64,000 nt of DNA. It comes from Terriglobia bacterium. Lineage in GTDB: Bacteria; Acidobacteriota; Terriglobia; 20CM-2-55-15. Location of the stretch: assembly GCA_963664115.2 (NCBI GenBank), contig CAXWPJ010000002.1, forward strand, positions 1-64,000, written 5' to 3'. Each line of letters begins with the position of its first letter. Position 1 is the stretch's first letter. Shown here piece by piece: positions 19,505-30,122 of this stretch. The translations under genes were made by a program, and so were the position numbers. Under the pieces are notes generated by a model. It was given only the letters and a program-made list of their open reading frames with translations, had not been told where the DNA came from and ran no database searches.

Positions 19505-21472
19505 TTACATCCGATCCGGAACACTGATGCCCATGAGGTCGAGCGCCCGCGTGAGGCTCTGGCGGACGAAATCCACCACGAGAAGATAGAACATCTGCCG
19601 ATCACGATCCTTTTCGCTTAAGACTCTGTACTTGTGATAGAAGACGTTGAATTTTTGAGCGAGCGTGAATGAAAACTTGGCCATGGTGGCCGGTTCCAGG
19701 CTTGAGGTGACCTGTCCCGCGATTTCATCCAGGCGGGAGGCCGTGTATATCAGTTCCCAGAGGTCGTCGGACTCATCGAGGAGTCCCGGCAGTTTGTCAC
19801 TGCCGAGAATCTTGTCGAGCTGGCTCAGAGAAAAGTCAGGATGATCTGCCTCCATCCGGCGAAAGATGTTTTTCGCTCGTACGGTCGCGTACTGGATATA
19901 TGGACCTGTTTCTCCGTCGAAACTCAGGGCTTCGTCGAAATCAAAGGCGATCACTGACGTTCGTGTAAAGCGAAGTAGAAAGTAGCGCAGGGCACTGACG
20001 GCTATTTGATGGGCGATATCGGCTTGCTCGGTCTTGTCGAAGTCGGGGTGCCGCTTCCGGACTTCCTCGTAAGCCTTGTCTTCGAGGGTATTCAGGAGGT
20101 CATCCGCCTTCACCCCCTGTCCTTTCCGGCCGGACACCTCCACGTAGGTTTTTCCTTGATCTTCGTCCGACAGTTCGATGCCGAGTTGGGCGGCGCATGC
20201 CGGCGTCAGAGCAACCATTTCATAGGAGAAATGAACGGAGCGTTCCGCCGCATCCTCGTAGCCCAGTAAACGCACTCCTTCACGGACTACGGTTTGAGGG
20301 TACGATTGGCGAACGTCGATGACGTTGTAAACTGCCACGCCACGGCCAAAAGCGGGATGATCCTCTTCGAGCGTATCCTTACTGGAGGTCGTGGCCCAGA
20401 CCGGTGTCCGCTGTGAGTCGTACTCGAAGGTCGTATAGTTGAAATCGCGATTCAGTAGGCCCAGTTTCCACAATTGATACGCAATATCTTTTCCTACATA
20501 GGTCACTGTTCGGTTCGATCGAACGATGATCTTTTCTTCGGTGCCGGACTCGGTTTCCAGGCGCATCACCCAGCAACCCTGATTTTTTCCGTGCTCCTCA
20601 AAAAAAATGGCTTTCTTCGCCTTGAGCAGAGAGAAAGCCTCGTCCCAAAACTTCAGATGCAGGATATCGCTCTCGCGGGGAAGCAGGTCGTAGTGGACGT
20701 TAATCCTATCCATAGTCCGCAAGTGACACCGGACGATGGCCATGGCGACGTCTTCGGCCATGGCAGCAGTCTCATTGTCACCCCCTTCGATTTCCTGGAG
20801 GGTCTGCGTTCTTTTCGTGTGTTCAGGGTCCTGCGTTTCATAAAAAGACGCGGCCTTCGCATAGAGATCCCAACAGTAATAATCGAATTTTGTTTCGGGA
20901 TCGTTTATCAGCTCCCGGACCGTCTCGACTGAGTGATTCTCGATAAAGCGGAAGCCGACGATCACGTCCGCGACCTGAACTCCGGTATTGTCGATATAGT
21001 TCTGGACCTCCACTTCGCTGCCAGAAAAACGTAGAGTGCGTACGAAGGAGTCCCCGATCGCCGCGTTTCGGAGGTGTCCAATGTGAGCGGCTTTGTTGGG
21101 ATTTATGTTGGTGTGTTCGACGATCACCTTACCAGTCGATTTGGGAAATCCTTCGAACTTAGAGTTCCGAAACTCTGCCATCGATTGGCCGAGAATTGTC
21201 GCGCGGTCCAAGTAAAAATTGATGTAGCCCGGCCCGGCGATGCTCATCTTGTGGATGCCTTCTATTTTCAGAGTTTCGAGAATTTCTTCAGCGATCACCC
21301 GGGGAGCTTTTTTGAGCGCTTTGGACAGACTGAGACAAAGGGGTGTTGCGAGTTCTCCGAATTCGAGTTTAGGTGTCTGATTGAGGACGATTTCAGGGGC
21401 CTCGATTTGCCATCGTTTCTCCAGTGCAGATCGAAGCGCGTCACGGATACGGGCGTGCAGGGTCAATTGCAT
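19505..21472 (-). CDS. argS: Arginyl-tRNA synthetase
   Basis: NPNKAAHIGH HIGH motif, SGRKG, GETGPYIQYA, DALR anticodon domain. Confidence 0.97.
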   Translation of the reverse strand: MQLTLHARIRDALRSALEKRWQIEAPEIVLNQTPKLEFGELATPLCLSLSKALKKAPRVIAEEILETLKIEGIHKMSIAGPGYINFYLDRATILGQSMAEFRNSKFEGFPKSTGKVIVEHTNINPNKAAHIGHLRNAAIGDSFVRTLRFSGSEVEVQNYIDNTGVQVADVIVGFRFIENHSVETVRELINDPETKFDYYCWDLYAKAASFYETQDPEHTKRTQTLQEIEGGDNETAAMAEDVAMAIVRCHLRTMDRINVHYDLLPRESDILHLKFWDEAFSLLKAKKAIFFEEHGKNQGCWVMRLETESGTEEKIIVRSNRTVTYVGKDIAYQLWKLGLLNRDFNYTTFEYDSQRTPVWATTSSKDTLEEDHPAFGRGVAVYNVIDVRQSYPQTVVREGVRLLGYEDAAERSVHFSYEMVALTPACAAQLGIELSDEDQGKTYVEVSGRKGQGVKADDLLNTLEDKAYEEVRKRHPDFDKTEQADIAHQIAVSALRYFLLRFTRTSVIAFDFDEALSFDGETGPYIQYATVRAKNIFRRMEADHPDFSLSQLDKILGSDKLPGLLDESDDLWELIYTASRLDEIAGQVTSSLEPATMAKFSFTLAQKFNVFYHKYRVLSEKDRDRQMFYLLVVDFVRQSLTRALDLMGISVPDRM

Positions 21473-21625
21473 AGCCGCTCATCATAGCAAAAGCGGTGAC
21501 CGGCTACGAATCATGGACTTGAGCTCGTCTGCCAGTAGTCTGTCTCCATAAGATCAGCCACGACTGCCCGCGATTGCGCCCGCGATTAACGATCGAGTAC
21601 CATGAGAGTTCTGGCCGGAGCGACG

Positions 21626-22947
21626 TGAAGACACTTTACTTTGACTGTTTTTCGGGTATCAGCGGCGATATGACCATCGGCGCTCTGCTGGACCTCGGGG
21701 TGGATTTTGCTTATCTGAAGTCCGAGATCGGGAAGTTACCTTTGCTGGCCGACTCCGGATTCGATGCCGATGTGGACCTGAAGTCTTCCCGGGTGGTCCG
21801 TGCCAACATCAGTGCGATCAAATTCGATGTCGGCGTGGGCGAGGACTCCCGCCACACGCACACGCACACGCATGCCCACTCGCATCCCCACTCGCCTCAG
21901 GGGGCCAATGCTAAGGAACCGAACGGTCGGGAGGAGCATGCCAACAATCATGAACAGGGCCATTTCCACCGCAAGGCGTCGGAGATCATCGGCATGGTCA
22001 AGGCAAGCGCACTCGGGTCTGATGTCCGGGCGCGGGCAGTGGCCATATTCGAAAAGTTGGCGATTTCAGAGGGGCAAGTGCATGACACCCCGCCCGAAGA
22101 CGTCGAGTTTCACGAGGTCGGTGCGATCGATTCCATTGTTGACGTGGTGGGTACAGCGGTTGGTCTCGACGCCCTTCGGGTGAATCGCTTCCTGTGTTCT
22201 CCGATCAACATCGGTGGAGGGTTTATTCATTGTCAACACGGTATCTATCCAGTTCCCGCTCCTGCTTCAGCGAACTTATTGATGCATGCTCCTGTCTATT
22301 CGAAACACGTTGACGTCGAATTGGTCACTCCGACCGGTGCGGCGATTCTGGCCGCAACGGTTGATCGATTCGGTCCGATGGATGGCTTCGAAATTCAAGG
22401 TGTCGGCTATGGAGCCGGCAGCAAGACATTTGATGAGTTTCCCAACTGCCTTCGTGTGTTCGTTGGGGTGGAGGCTCCGTCCGCGGGGCCCGTTCCGAAA
22501 CAGGACATTGTGGCGATTGAAGCCAACATCGACGACATGAGCGCAGAAGAACTGGCATATGCTGCTGAAAAACTACTTTCGATGGGTGCCCTCGACGTCA
22601 TCACGATGCCAGTCGTCATGAAGAAGGGCCGACCAGGACATTTGCTGCAGGTGCTCGCTCTGGGAGAACACGAAGAACTCCTGTCGCGGGCGATCTTTGA
22701 GGACACGACAAGCATTGGCGTGCGCAGCCGGCCCATGTCACGTCGCGTTCTGGACCGTGAAATGGTCACAGTGGAGACAGCTCATGGGAAAATTGGAGTC
22801 AAAGTCGCCCGTTTGGAAGGGCGCGTTGTGAACGTCAGTCCCGAATACGAAGACTGCGCCGGACTGGCGCGGAAAACCGGGTTGAGCTTTCACCAGATAC
22901 GTGATGATGCCTTGAAGAGCTACGAAGCGATAGCAAACAACGGGTGA
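21626..22947 (+). CDS. larC: Nickel pincer cofactor biosynthesis protein LarC
   Basis: GGAG RBS before GTG 21626; DCFSGISGDM, His-rich insert, FHEVGAIDSIVD, TPTGAA, EANIDD, MKKGRPG, PEYEDC. Confidence 0.93.
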
Positions 22948-22957
22948 ACTAAAGACC

Positions 22958-24907
22958 ATGTCTGAATCCTTTTACATCACAACCCCGCTCTACTATGTCA
23001 ACGCGCCGCCCCACCTGGGAGGCACCTATACGACGATCGTGTGCGATGCGATCGCCCGCTACAAACGGATGATGGGATTCGATGTAAAGCTGCTTACCGG
23101 TACGGATGAACATGGGCAAAAGATAGAACGGTCCGCCAGGGAAGAGGGAATCGAACCGAAGGAACTGGCCGACCGCGTTCAATCTCAGTATGCGGACCTC
23201 TGGAAGAGCCTTGGGATGAGTCATGATCTCTCGGTTCGGACGACGGACCCGCGCCATCGGGGCGCTGTGGGAGAAATTTACCTTCGGGCCAAGGCCAACG
23301 GATTCATTTACAAAGGGGAATATTCAGGTTGGTATTGCGTGTCCTGTGAAGCCTACGCCCCGGATTCCGACCCGAAGGAACCGGCCCCGTGCCCGGACTG
23401 TGGACGGGTGACCGAATGGTTCTCGGAAGACAGCTATTTTTTTAAATTGTCCGAATTCCAGGGCCGGCTGCTCGAACACTATGAAAAGAACCCTCAGTTT
23501 GTACGTCCGGAAACGCGAAGAAACGAAGTTTCCTCATTCGTAAAAGGCGGATTGCGGGATCTGTCGATCAGTCGGGCCACACTCAAATGGGGCGTTCCGC
23601 TTCCGGACGATCCCGGCCACGTGTTCTACGTCTGGTTCGATGCCTTGACCGGATATATGACGGGGATCGGCTACCAGTCCGACGAAGCAATGTATTCCAA
23701 GTACTGGCCGGCGGACGTCCATATGGTCGGAAAGGACATTCTGAGATTTCATGCGGTTTACTGGCCGGCGTTCTTGATGGCGGCAGAGTTGCCGTTGCCC
23801 AAGACCATCTTCGGACATGGCTGGTGGCTGTTGAATGACGAGAAGATGTCAAAATCGCGCGGAAATGTTTTTGATCCCGTTCTTTTGCGCGATGTGTTCG
23901 GGATCGAATTGCTTCGTTATTTTCTGTTGCGAGAAATGGTGTTTGGCCAGGACTGTAATCTGAGTTTTGATGCGATCATCGGGCGGGCCAACAGCGACCT
24001 GGCGAACGATCTGGGCAACTTGCTTAGCCGTACCGTCGCCATGGTTAGAAAGTATCGAGACGGCGTTGTCCCTGGACCCGGTAACGCGAAAGGAGACGCT
24101 GACCTTGAAGAACTCGCTGCCCGCGTTGTGACCCAATACAGGGAGCGCTTCGATAACTACGAGTTTTCCCGTGCGCTCGAGAGCGTGTGGGAGTTGGTCG
24201 CGAGAGTGAACAAATACATCGTAGAAAATGAACCCTGGAAGATCGCCAGGGATGAAAAGGAAACCCCGCGTCTGGACGGCGTCCTATTTCATTGCGCGGA
24301 AGCTCTACGGCTGTCGGCTGTGATGCTGGCACCGGTGATGCCTGAGTCTGCACAGACCGTCTGGAAACAGCTGGGACTTGAGGGTCAGGTAGAGGAATCT
24401 GCGCTCAATGAACTTGCCTGGTCCGGACAGATGGCCGGGGTTGGATTGCGTGGTGGAGAAGCCTTGTTTCCCCGGATTGATCCAAAGGCGGTGTACGCGA
24501 AGTTCGAGGCGGAGATTGAAGCCAGGGCTGCGAGCAGCGGAGGTTCGGAGAGCGGCGCGGAGGTGCCTCCTCTGGCGCCTCAGATAACGATCGAGGATTT
24601 CGTGAAGCTCGACCTTCGCGTGGCGACCGTTCTGGAAGCTGAAAAGGTTAAAGGTGCGGACAAGCTTCTGCGGCTCATCGTCGATCTGGGATTCGAAACC
24701 CGACAGGTACTTGCCGGGATCGCCATGTCCTACGACCCCGCCGACCTCATCGGACGCAAGGTGGTTGTCGTCGCGAATCTGAAGCCTAGAAAACTCCGTG
24801 GCCTGGAGTCGAACGGAATGATCGTGGCTGCGTCAGTGGGCCCCGAAGGCAATCCCGCCCTGGTCGGATTCCACGAAGACGTCAGCAATGGATCACGGCT
24901 CACATAG
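22958..24907 (+). CDS. metG: Methionyl-tRNA synthetase with C-terminal tRNA-binding domain
   Basis: YYVNAPPHLG, GTDEHG, KMSKS, DLRVATV OB domain. Confidence 0.97.
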   Translation: MSESFYITTPLYYVNAPPHLGGTYTTIVCDAIARYKRMMGFDVKLLTGTDEHGQKIERSAREEGIEPKELADRVQSQYADLWKSLGMSHDLSVRTTDPRHRGAVGEIYLRAKANGFIYKGEYSGWYCVSCEAYAPDSDPKEPAPCPDCGRVTEWFSEDSYFFKLSEFQGRLLEHYEKNPQFVRPETRRNEVSSFVKGGLRDLSISRATLKWGVPLPDDPGHVFYVWFDALTGYMTGIGYQSDEAMYSKYWPADVHMVGKDILRFHAVYWPAFLMAAELPLPKTIFGHGWWLLNDEKMSKSRGNVFDPVLLRDVFGIELLRYFLLREMVFGQDCNLSFDAIIGRANSDLANDLGNLLSRTVAMVRKYRDGVVPGPGNAKGDADLEELAARVVTQYRERFDNYEFSRALESVWELVARVNKYIVENEPWKIARDEKETPRLDGVLFHCAEALRLSAVMLAPVMPESAQTVWKQLGLEGQVEESALNELAWSGQMAGVGLRGGEALFPRIDPKAVYAKFEAEIEARAASSGGSESGAEVPPLAPQITIEDFVKLDLRVATVLEAEKVKGADKLLRLIVDLGFETRQVLAGIAMSYDPADLIGRKVVVVANLKPRKLRGLESNGMIVAASVGPEGNPALVGFHEDVSNGSRLT

Positions 24908-24913
24908 GGTGCG

Positions 24914-25681
24914 ATGCTGGTCGACTCCCATGCCCATCTGGACGATCCCCGCTTCGAGGACGACAGGGATGCTGTACTGGAACGGGCTCAGAAGGCCGGT
25001 GTCGGTACGATTCTCACCATCGGGAACGGCACCGGTCCGGATGACATGGGCTGTGGCCTTCCCTTTGCCGAGGCGTACGACTGGATCTACACCAGCGTCG
25101 GCGTCCACCCTCACGATGCCGCCCGCGTCGAATCAAGACACTACGAACTCATGAAGGAACTCGTTCGGAGGCCGCGGGTTCTGGCGATCGGAGAGACCGG
25201 GCTCGACTATTACTACGAAAACTCCCCGAGGGATGTCCAGCGCGGTGTTTTTCGCAAACAGATCGAGTTGGCCCGCGAAGCGGAGCTTCCTCTCATCGTT
25301 CACACCCGGGACGCCGACGAAGATACGATTCAGATCCTGGAGGATGAACAGCCAGATCGTGGCGTTATTCACTGCTTTACGGGCGGCGCCGCTCTTGCCG
25401 ACTGTGCGCTGGATTTGGGGTTTATGATTTCGTTCTCCGGAATCGTCACATTCAATCGTGCGGATAGCATTCAATCTATCGCGGCAAGAGTTCCCGAAGA
25501 CAGAATTCTTGTTGAGACCGACTGTCCATACCTGGCACCTGTCCCGCATCGCGGCGACCGCAACGAACCTTCCTTTGTTCGAGATACGGCTCAGAAACTG
25601 GCCACCTTGCGTGGTGTGACAGCTGAAGAAATCGAGAATCAGACCAGCCAGAATTTCCAGAAGCTGTTTGGATTAGCGTAA
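24914..25681 (+). CDS. tatD: TatD family DNase
   Basis: DSHAH, GVHPH, IGETGLD, ETDCP. Confidence 0.95.
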   Translation: MLVDSHAHLDDPRFEDDRDAVLERAQKAGVGTILTIGNGTGPDDMGCGLPFAEAYDWIYTSVGVHPHDAARVESRHYELMKELVRRPRVLAIGETGLDYYYENSPRDVQRGVFRKQIELAREAELPLIVHTRDADEDTIQILEDEQPDRGVIHCFTGGAALADCALDLGFMISFSGIVTFNRADSIQSIAARVPEDRILVETDCPYLAPVPHRGDRNEPSFVRDTAQKLATLRGVTAEEIENQTSQNFQKLFGLA

Positions 25682-25731
25682 ACGTATTGTTGGGGTCTAA
25701 CGCTGGCTACATGTCGTACAATGCACCTTCT

Positions 25732-26718
25732 GTGAAAACCGCACTCACACAGCAAGAAATTTATAGCCTCGTTGCCGCCGACCTGGAGCGTGTTGAAGAG
25801 GAGCTTGAAGGGTATTCGAAATCTTCGGTGGGCCCCATTTCCGAGATAGGCCGGTACCTGATCGACGCTGGCGGCAAACGCGTTCGGCCTGCGCTCTTGC
25901 TTCTGACCGCGCGCATGCTTGGAGAGGTGTCGCCTTCGACGATCCGGATGGCGGCGGTCGTAGAGCTGATTCACAATGCCACGCTGGTCCATGATGATGT
26001 GATCGACGAGTCCGATACACGACGTGGTCGACCCTCTGCCAACACGCGCTGGGGGAATCCGATGGCCGTTCTGGCGGGTGACTGGCTGTATATGCAGTCG
26101 TTTGCCGTCGCGCTTGAGGAAAAGAGCTTCGGCGTTCTTACCACGCTGATCGGTATCACACAGAAAATGGTCGAAGGTGAGCTATTACAGCTGACGGCTC
26201 TGGGACGGTCCGATGTCAGCGCTCAGGAATTGTTGGATATTGCAGAACGCAAGACGGCCTATTTGTTTTCAGGATGTATGCGCTTGCCGGCCATCCTGGC
26301 GGGTGAGGACCCGGTTTCAGTGGAAAACTTGACCCGGATCGGGATGGACCTGGGAATGTCGTTTCAGCTCGTTGACGATTTGCTCGATTTGACGTCGACC
26401 CGGGAGGCTATGGGCAAGCCGGTCGCCAGCGACCTAAAAGAAGGAAAGGTCACGCTGCCTCTGTATTACGCAATGGAAGCCGACCTGCCCGATGTATCGA
26501 CAAAGATTCAACAAGTGCTCGACGAAGGTACGTCGACCACGGTGGCAGTGAAAGAAATTATCGGTTTCGCAGATCGCGTTGGTGCTGTGGACCGTACGAG
26601 GGATCTCGCGACGCAGTATGCGGGGAGCGCCATCGCGGCGCTGGAATCGTTTCCTCAGTCTGTTTATCGCGACGCTATTGTCGCCATTCCGGAATTCATT
26701 CTGAATCGAAGATCTTGA
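25732..26718 (+). CDS. ispB: Polyprenyl (octaprenyl) diphosphate synthase
   Basis: GGKRVRP, HDDVID..RRG, VDDLLD; start at GTG 25732 inferred from TACAAT -10 element. Confidence 0.9.
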   Translation: MKTALTQQEIYSLVAADLERVEEELEGYSKSSVGPISEIGRYLIDAGGKRVRPALLLLTARMLGEVSPSTIRMAAVVELIHNATLVHDDVIDESDTRRGRPSANTRWGNPMAVLAGDWLYMQSFAVALEEKSFGVLTTLIGITQKMVEGELLQLTALGRSDVSAQELLDIAERKTAYLFSGCMRLPAILAGEDPVSVENLTRIGMDLGMSFQLVDDLLDLTSTREAMGKPVASDLKEGKVTLPLYYAMEADLPDVSTKIQQVLDEGTSTTVAVKEIIGFADRVGAVDRTRDLATQYAGSAIAALESFPQSVYRDAIVAIPEFILNRRS

Positions 26719-26739
26719 CGTCCCTTTCAGGCGGTGTCG

Positions 26740-27222
26740 TCAATTCGAGCTCGCGGTCAGTGAGGCGATGACTGCAGTCAGCACGAAAAACACGGCCCCC
26801 TTTTCTTCTTCCTTCAAATCCAGGCCCCCCTTGAGCGCGTCGTGAACCTCGGAAATGACATAGCTGATCAAGCAGCGTTCGTTGTTGAGATTGGATAACG
26901 AAGGCGATTGAACCCCGGTCTCTTCGGCATCGCTCATCCGATGGACCCAGTCTCCGCTCGCCCTGCAAGCATCGGCAATCTCCTCGCTCGTAACTGGTCC
27001 TAAAGACCCATCTCTATCCAGGAGAATAGCTTTATAAACCACGTAGCTCATGTACAGTGCCAGTTCGCCGGCAGAGTGATTTCGGGTCGATGTCAGGTCC
27101 ATTACGAAGTTACAGACTGCCGGCTGGTTCTTGAAGAATTCTTCAAATTCCCTTTCCAGAACATCTTCCGAGCAATCTGCGGTCTCGGTACGGATGGTTT
27201 CGATGATTTGCCTTTCTACCAT
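26740..27222 (-). CDS. Hypothetical acidic helical protein
   Basis: 160-aa ORF with protein-like composition; no recognised motif. Confidence 0.6.
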   Translation of the reverse strand: MVERQIIETIRTETADCSEDVLEREFEEFFKNQPAVCNFVMDLTSTRNHSAGELALYMSYVVYKAILLDRDGSLGPVTSEEIADACRASGDWVHRMSDAEETGVQSPSLSNLNNERCLISYVISEVHDALKGGLDLKEEEKGAVFFVLTAVIASLTASSN

Positions 27223-27333
27223 GGCGGAGTGGGCTGTCGGGGTGGGGGCTTGTGGGAAGCTCAGATTTAACAGTTAAAAGTGCAGAGCTCACAGTCTCGG
27301 AGTGGGTCTTTAACTCATAATTATTAACTTCAT

Positions 27334-27882
27334 CTAAGGTCGTCCCCACCCCGCCGGAGCCCCTGCACGTCTGAGTTCCTGTCGAAGGTCCGCGATAGCT
27401 TGGTTTGCCGCTGCGACGCGGGCTTCTGCTGCCACGAGTTCGTCCTGCATGTTCTGTATTGCCGGCCCCAGTACATTTTCGTTGTTGTAGAAGCCGCTGT
27501 CGGTGAGTAGTCGCTGACTCAGATCGGTCAGCTGCTGTTCGACCAGCTCCAACCACTCCTCGGAGCGTGTCAGTTCATCGCGGGCCTGACTGAACATCTC
27601 GTGCCAGGTGTCTTCTGTTCTTTCTCCCGTGCCCTCTGCGCCTTCCTCACCATCTTCGGCTGGAGAGGCTGCACTCGGGGATACGTCAGAGTCACTCTCA
27701 GTTGGGGCTTCAGCCGCTGAAATCGAGCCACCCGTGGCAACGTTTTCATTTGTGAACACACGCGTTTCGGCGACTTCCTGCTGACGTTCGCGCTCACGCC
27801 GGGCCACATCGGGCAAGGACTGGGCTCCGGACTCAAGACAGAATAATCCCAAAACGAATAAAGCGATGATGCGATTCCTCAT
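27334..27882 (-). CDS. Secreted coiled-coil hypothetical protein
   Basis: Signal peptide, QSLPDVARRER, VFTNEN, C-terminal GAPAGWGR; 4-bp overlap with PBP1A stop. Confidence 0.75.
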   Translation of the reverse strand: MRNRIIALFVLGLFCLESGAQSLPDVARRERERQQEVAETRVFTNENVATGGSISAAEAPTESDSDVSPSAASPAEDGEEGAEGTGERTEDTWHEMFSQARDELTRSEEWLELVEQQLTDLSQRLLTDSGFYNNENVLGPAIQNMQDELVAAEARVAAANQAIADLRQELRRAGAPAGWGRP

Positions 27883-30047
27883 GGCTGACTCCTATCGGTA
27901 ATGCTTGTGCTTTCGAGTACCTCAGTCGCCACCCGATCGAAAGTTTCCACCGGGGTGTCTTCGTAGACCTGTTCCATGAACGAAACCCATATGGGCAGAG
28001 CGGTACGGCCGCCGATCTCTCCACTTCCCAGGGTGAGTCTTTCGTCAAATCCCACCCAGACTCCCGCCGTCAATGATGGAGTGAATCCCATAAACCAGGC
28101 GTCGGTAAAGTCATTGGTGGTTCCAGTCTTTCCCCCAGCAGGCTGGCCGAGTGACTGCGCGCGGACAGCTGTTCCGCTTCGGACGACTTCGCGCAACAGA
28201 TCCACCATTACCGTCGCCAGCTCGGAGGAAATAACGTCATGGGGTTCGGGGAAGTTCTCCTCCAGAATGTCGCCATCGTAGTCGGTAACACGGTTGATTA
28301 AACGGGGTTCCACTCGGACGCCATCGTTCGGAAACGTGGAGTACGCAGAGGTGAGTTCGATCAAATTTATGTCAGTCGCGCCGAGCGCAATCGGCAAATA
28401 AGGCTCGATGAGAGAGCTGATGCCGAATCGTGCAACCATCGGAATCAGAGTATCGAAACCGATTTCATTCAACACCTGAACGGCCGGTATATTCCGCGAC
28501 TCTGCCAGTGCCCGACGCAGTGTGATGGGACCGACATAGCGCTGGTCATAGTTCGAAGGTTTGTAGCCGTCGAAATCCACCGGCTCGTCGCTGATCAGAT
28601 GATCGGGACGCATGCCGTAATCGAGAGCTGCGGTATAGAGCAGCGGTTTGAATGCCGATCCCGTCTGGCGGAGCGCCTGCGTTGCCCGGTTGAATTTGCT
28701 CTGTTCGAAATCGTAGCCGCCGACCATAGCCTTCACTTCGCCCGTGCGTTGATCGATTGCTATGAGTGATCCCTGCACTTCGGGTATCTGCTCAAGCGAG
28801 AGTGCTATCGTTTTCTCTGCCGGATCGATGGCGTTTACGAGGAACTCGGCCACGTCTCCGCGAGAAAATATTGCGCCCGGGGATCGCTCACCGGTCCAGC
28901 TGATATCTGCTCCAGTGACTTCGTACCTGTATGTGCCGACACGGACGGTGGCCGTTGCCGAGTTCGCTTCGAGGACGATGCCGGGAACGATGTCGCCGTC
29001 TCGGAGCGGCCGTTTCCATGCTTCCAGCGAGTGGGTTTCGATGTCGTCAAAGCCGTTGTCGATGAGGTTCACCGTGATTCCTCTCCAGCCGTGACGTTTG
29101 TCGTAGTCCCGGAGTCCGCGCCGCAAGCTGTCCTCCGCAGCGCGCTGCATCCGTGCGTTCAGCGTCGAATAAACCCGAAGCCCCCTTTCGTGTACAGCGT
29201 AGGTGCCATAGGTTTCTTCCAGGTACTGACGCAGTTCCTCGACAAAATACGGTGCGAGTTGGTCCGGATTCTGGGGTGCATTCAGGCGGATAGGCCGCTG
29301 CTTGGCCTGCTCGCCTTCATCTACGGGAACTTTTCCCTCGGCAACCATTCTGTCGATCACGTAGTTGCGCCGCATCAGGCCGCGCGCGGGATTAGCCACA
29401 GGTGAGTACCGTCCCGGAGCACGGGGCAGGGCCGCCAGCATTGCGGCCTCCTCCAGATTCAGGTCCCGGATGTTCTTTCCGAAATAGAAGTCAGAAGCCG
29501 CTGCGAAACCGTACATCCCGTGCCCCAGGTAAATCTGGTTGCTGTACAAGGTGAGGATTTCGTCCTTCGTGTAGCGCCTTTCGATCTGGATGGAAAAAAG
29601 AGCTTCCTGCAGCTTGAGAGCCCATTCTCTTCGAGGCGACAGGAAAAGGTTTTCAGCCAGTTGTTGCGTGATCGTGCTGCCGCCTTCGACGACCCGTCCG
29701 GCCATGATGTTTTTCAGGGCTGCCCGCGATATGCCGTAGAAGTCCAGGCCCCAGTGGCGGTAAAAATTCTGATCCTCTACCGACACGATAGCGTCCTTGA
29801 GAACGGGTGGGATCTGGCTGGCTTCGACGATGAGCCGGTGTTCCAGGGCAAAGGATCCAATGACCTGCCCGTCGTCACCATAGACTTCTGTCACGACGTC
29901 GGGGCGGTAGGCCTCCAGAGATTCGACCTGGGGCAGGTCGCTGTTATAAACGAAAAGGACACCACCGGTTGCACCCAGTGTTATGGAAAACACAAGGAGT
30001 GCCGCAAAGAGGACCGATCCGAAATATCGCCGAAATGCGACTTTCAT
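27879..30047 (-). CDS. mrcA: Penicillin-binding protein 1A
   Basis: EDQNF, GGSTITQQL, transpeptidase SAFK, SRN, KTGT. Confidence 0.95.
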   Translation of the reverse strand: MKVAFRRYFGSVLFAALLVFSITLGATGGVLFVYNSDLPQVESLEAYRPDVVTEVYGDDGQVIGSFALEHRLIVEASQIPPVLKDAIVSVEDQNFYRHWGLDFYGISRAALKNIMAGRVVEGGSTITQQLAENLFLSPRREWALKLQEALFSIQIERRYTKDEILTLYSNQIYLGHGMYGFAAASDFYFGKNIRDLNLEEAAMLAALPRAPGRYSPVANPARGLMRRNYVIDRMVAEGKVPVDEGEQAKQRPIRLNAPQNPDQLAPYFVEELRQYLEETYGTYAVHERGLRVYSTLNARMQRAAEDSLRRGLRDYDKRHGWRGITVNLIDNGFDDIETHSLEAWKRPLRDGDIVPGIVLEANSATATVRVGTYRYEVTGADISWTGERSPGAIFSRGDVAEFLVNAIDPAEKTIALSLEQIPEVQGSLIAIDQRTGEVKAMVGGYDFEQSKFNRATQALRQTGSAFKPLLYTAALDYGMRPDHLISDEPVDFDGYKPSNYDQRYVGPITLRRALAESRNIPAVQVLNEIGFDTLIPMVARFGISSLIEPYLPIALGATDINLIELTSAYSTFPNDGVRVEPRLINRVTDYDGDILEENFPEPHDVISSELATVMVDLLREVVRSGTAVRAQSLGQPAGGKTGTTNDFTDAWFMGFTPSLTAGVWVGFDERLTLGSGEIGGRTALPIWVSFMEQVYEDTPVETFDRVATEVLESTSITDRSQP

Positions 30048-30122
30048 TGCTCATAATTATATCAGTGAGCAGGTAAAGGAACGGAGACTTCATTCTGAAT
30101 TCGGGACAACGGGAGCTGTCCC

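Noticed and set aside
21850-21970. CACACG repeats / His-rich stretch
   Set aside because: Ordinary nickel-binding His-rich insert of LarC.
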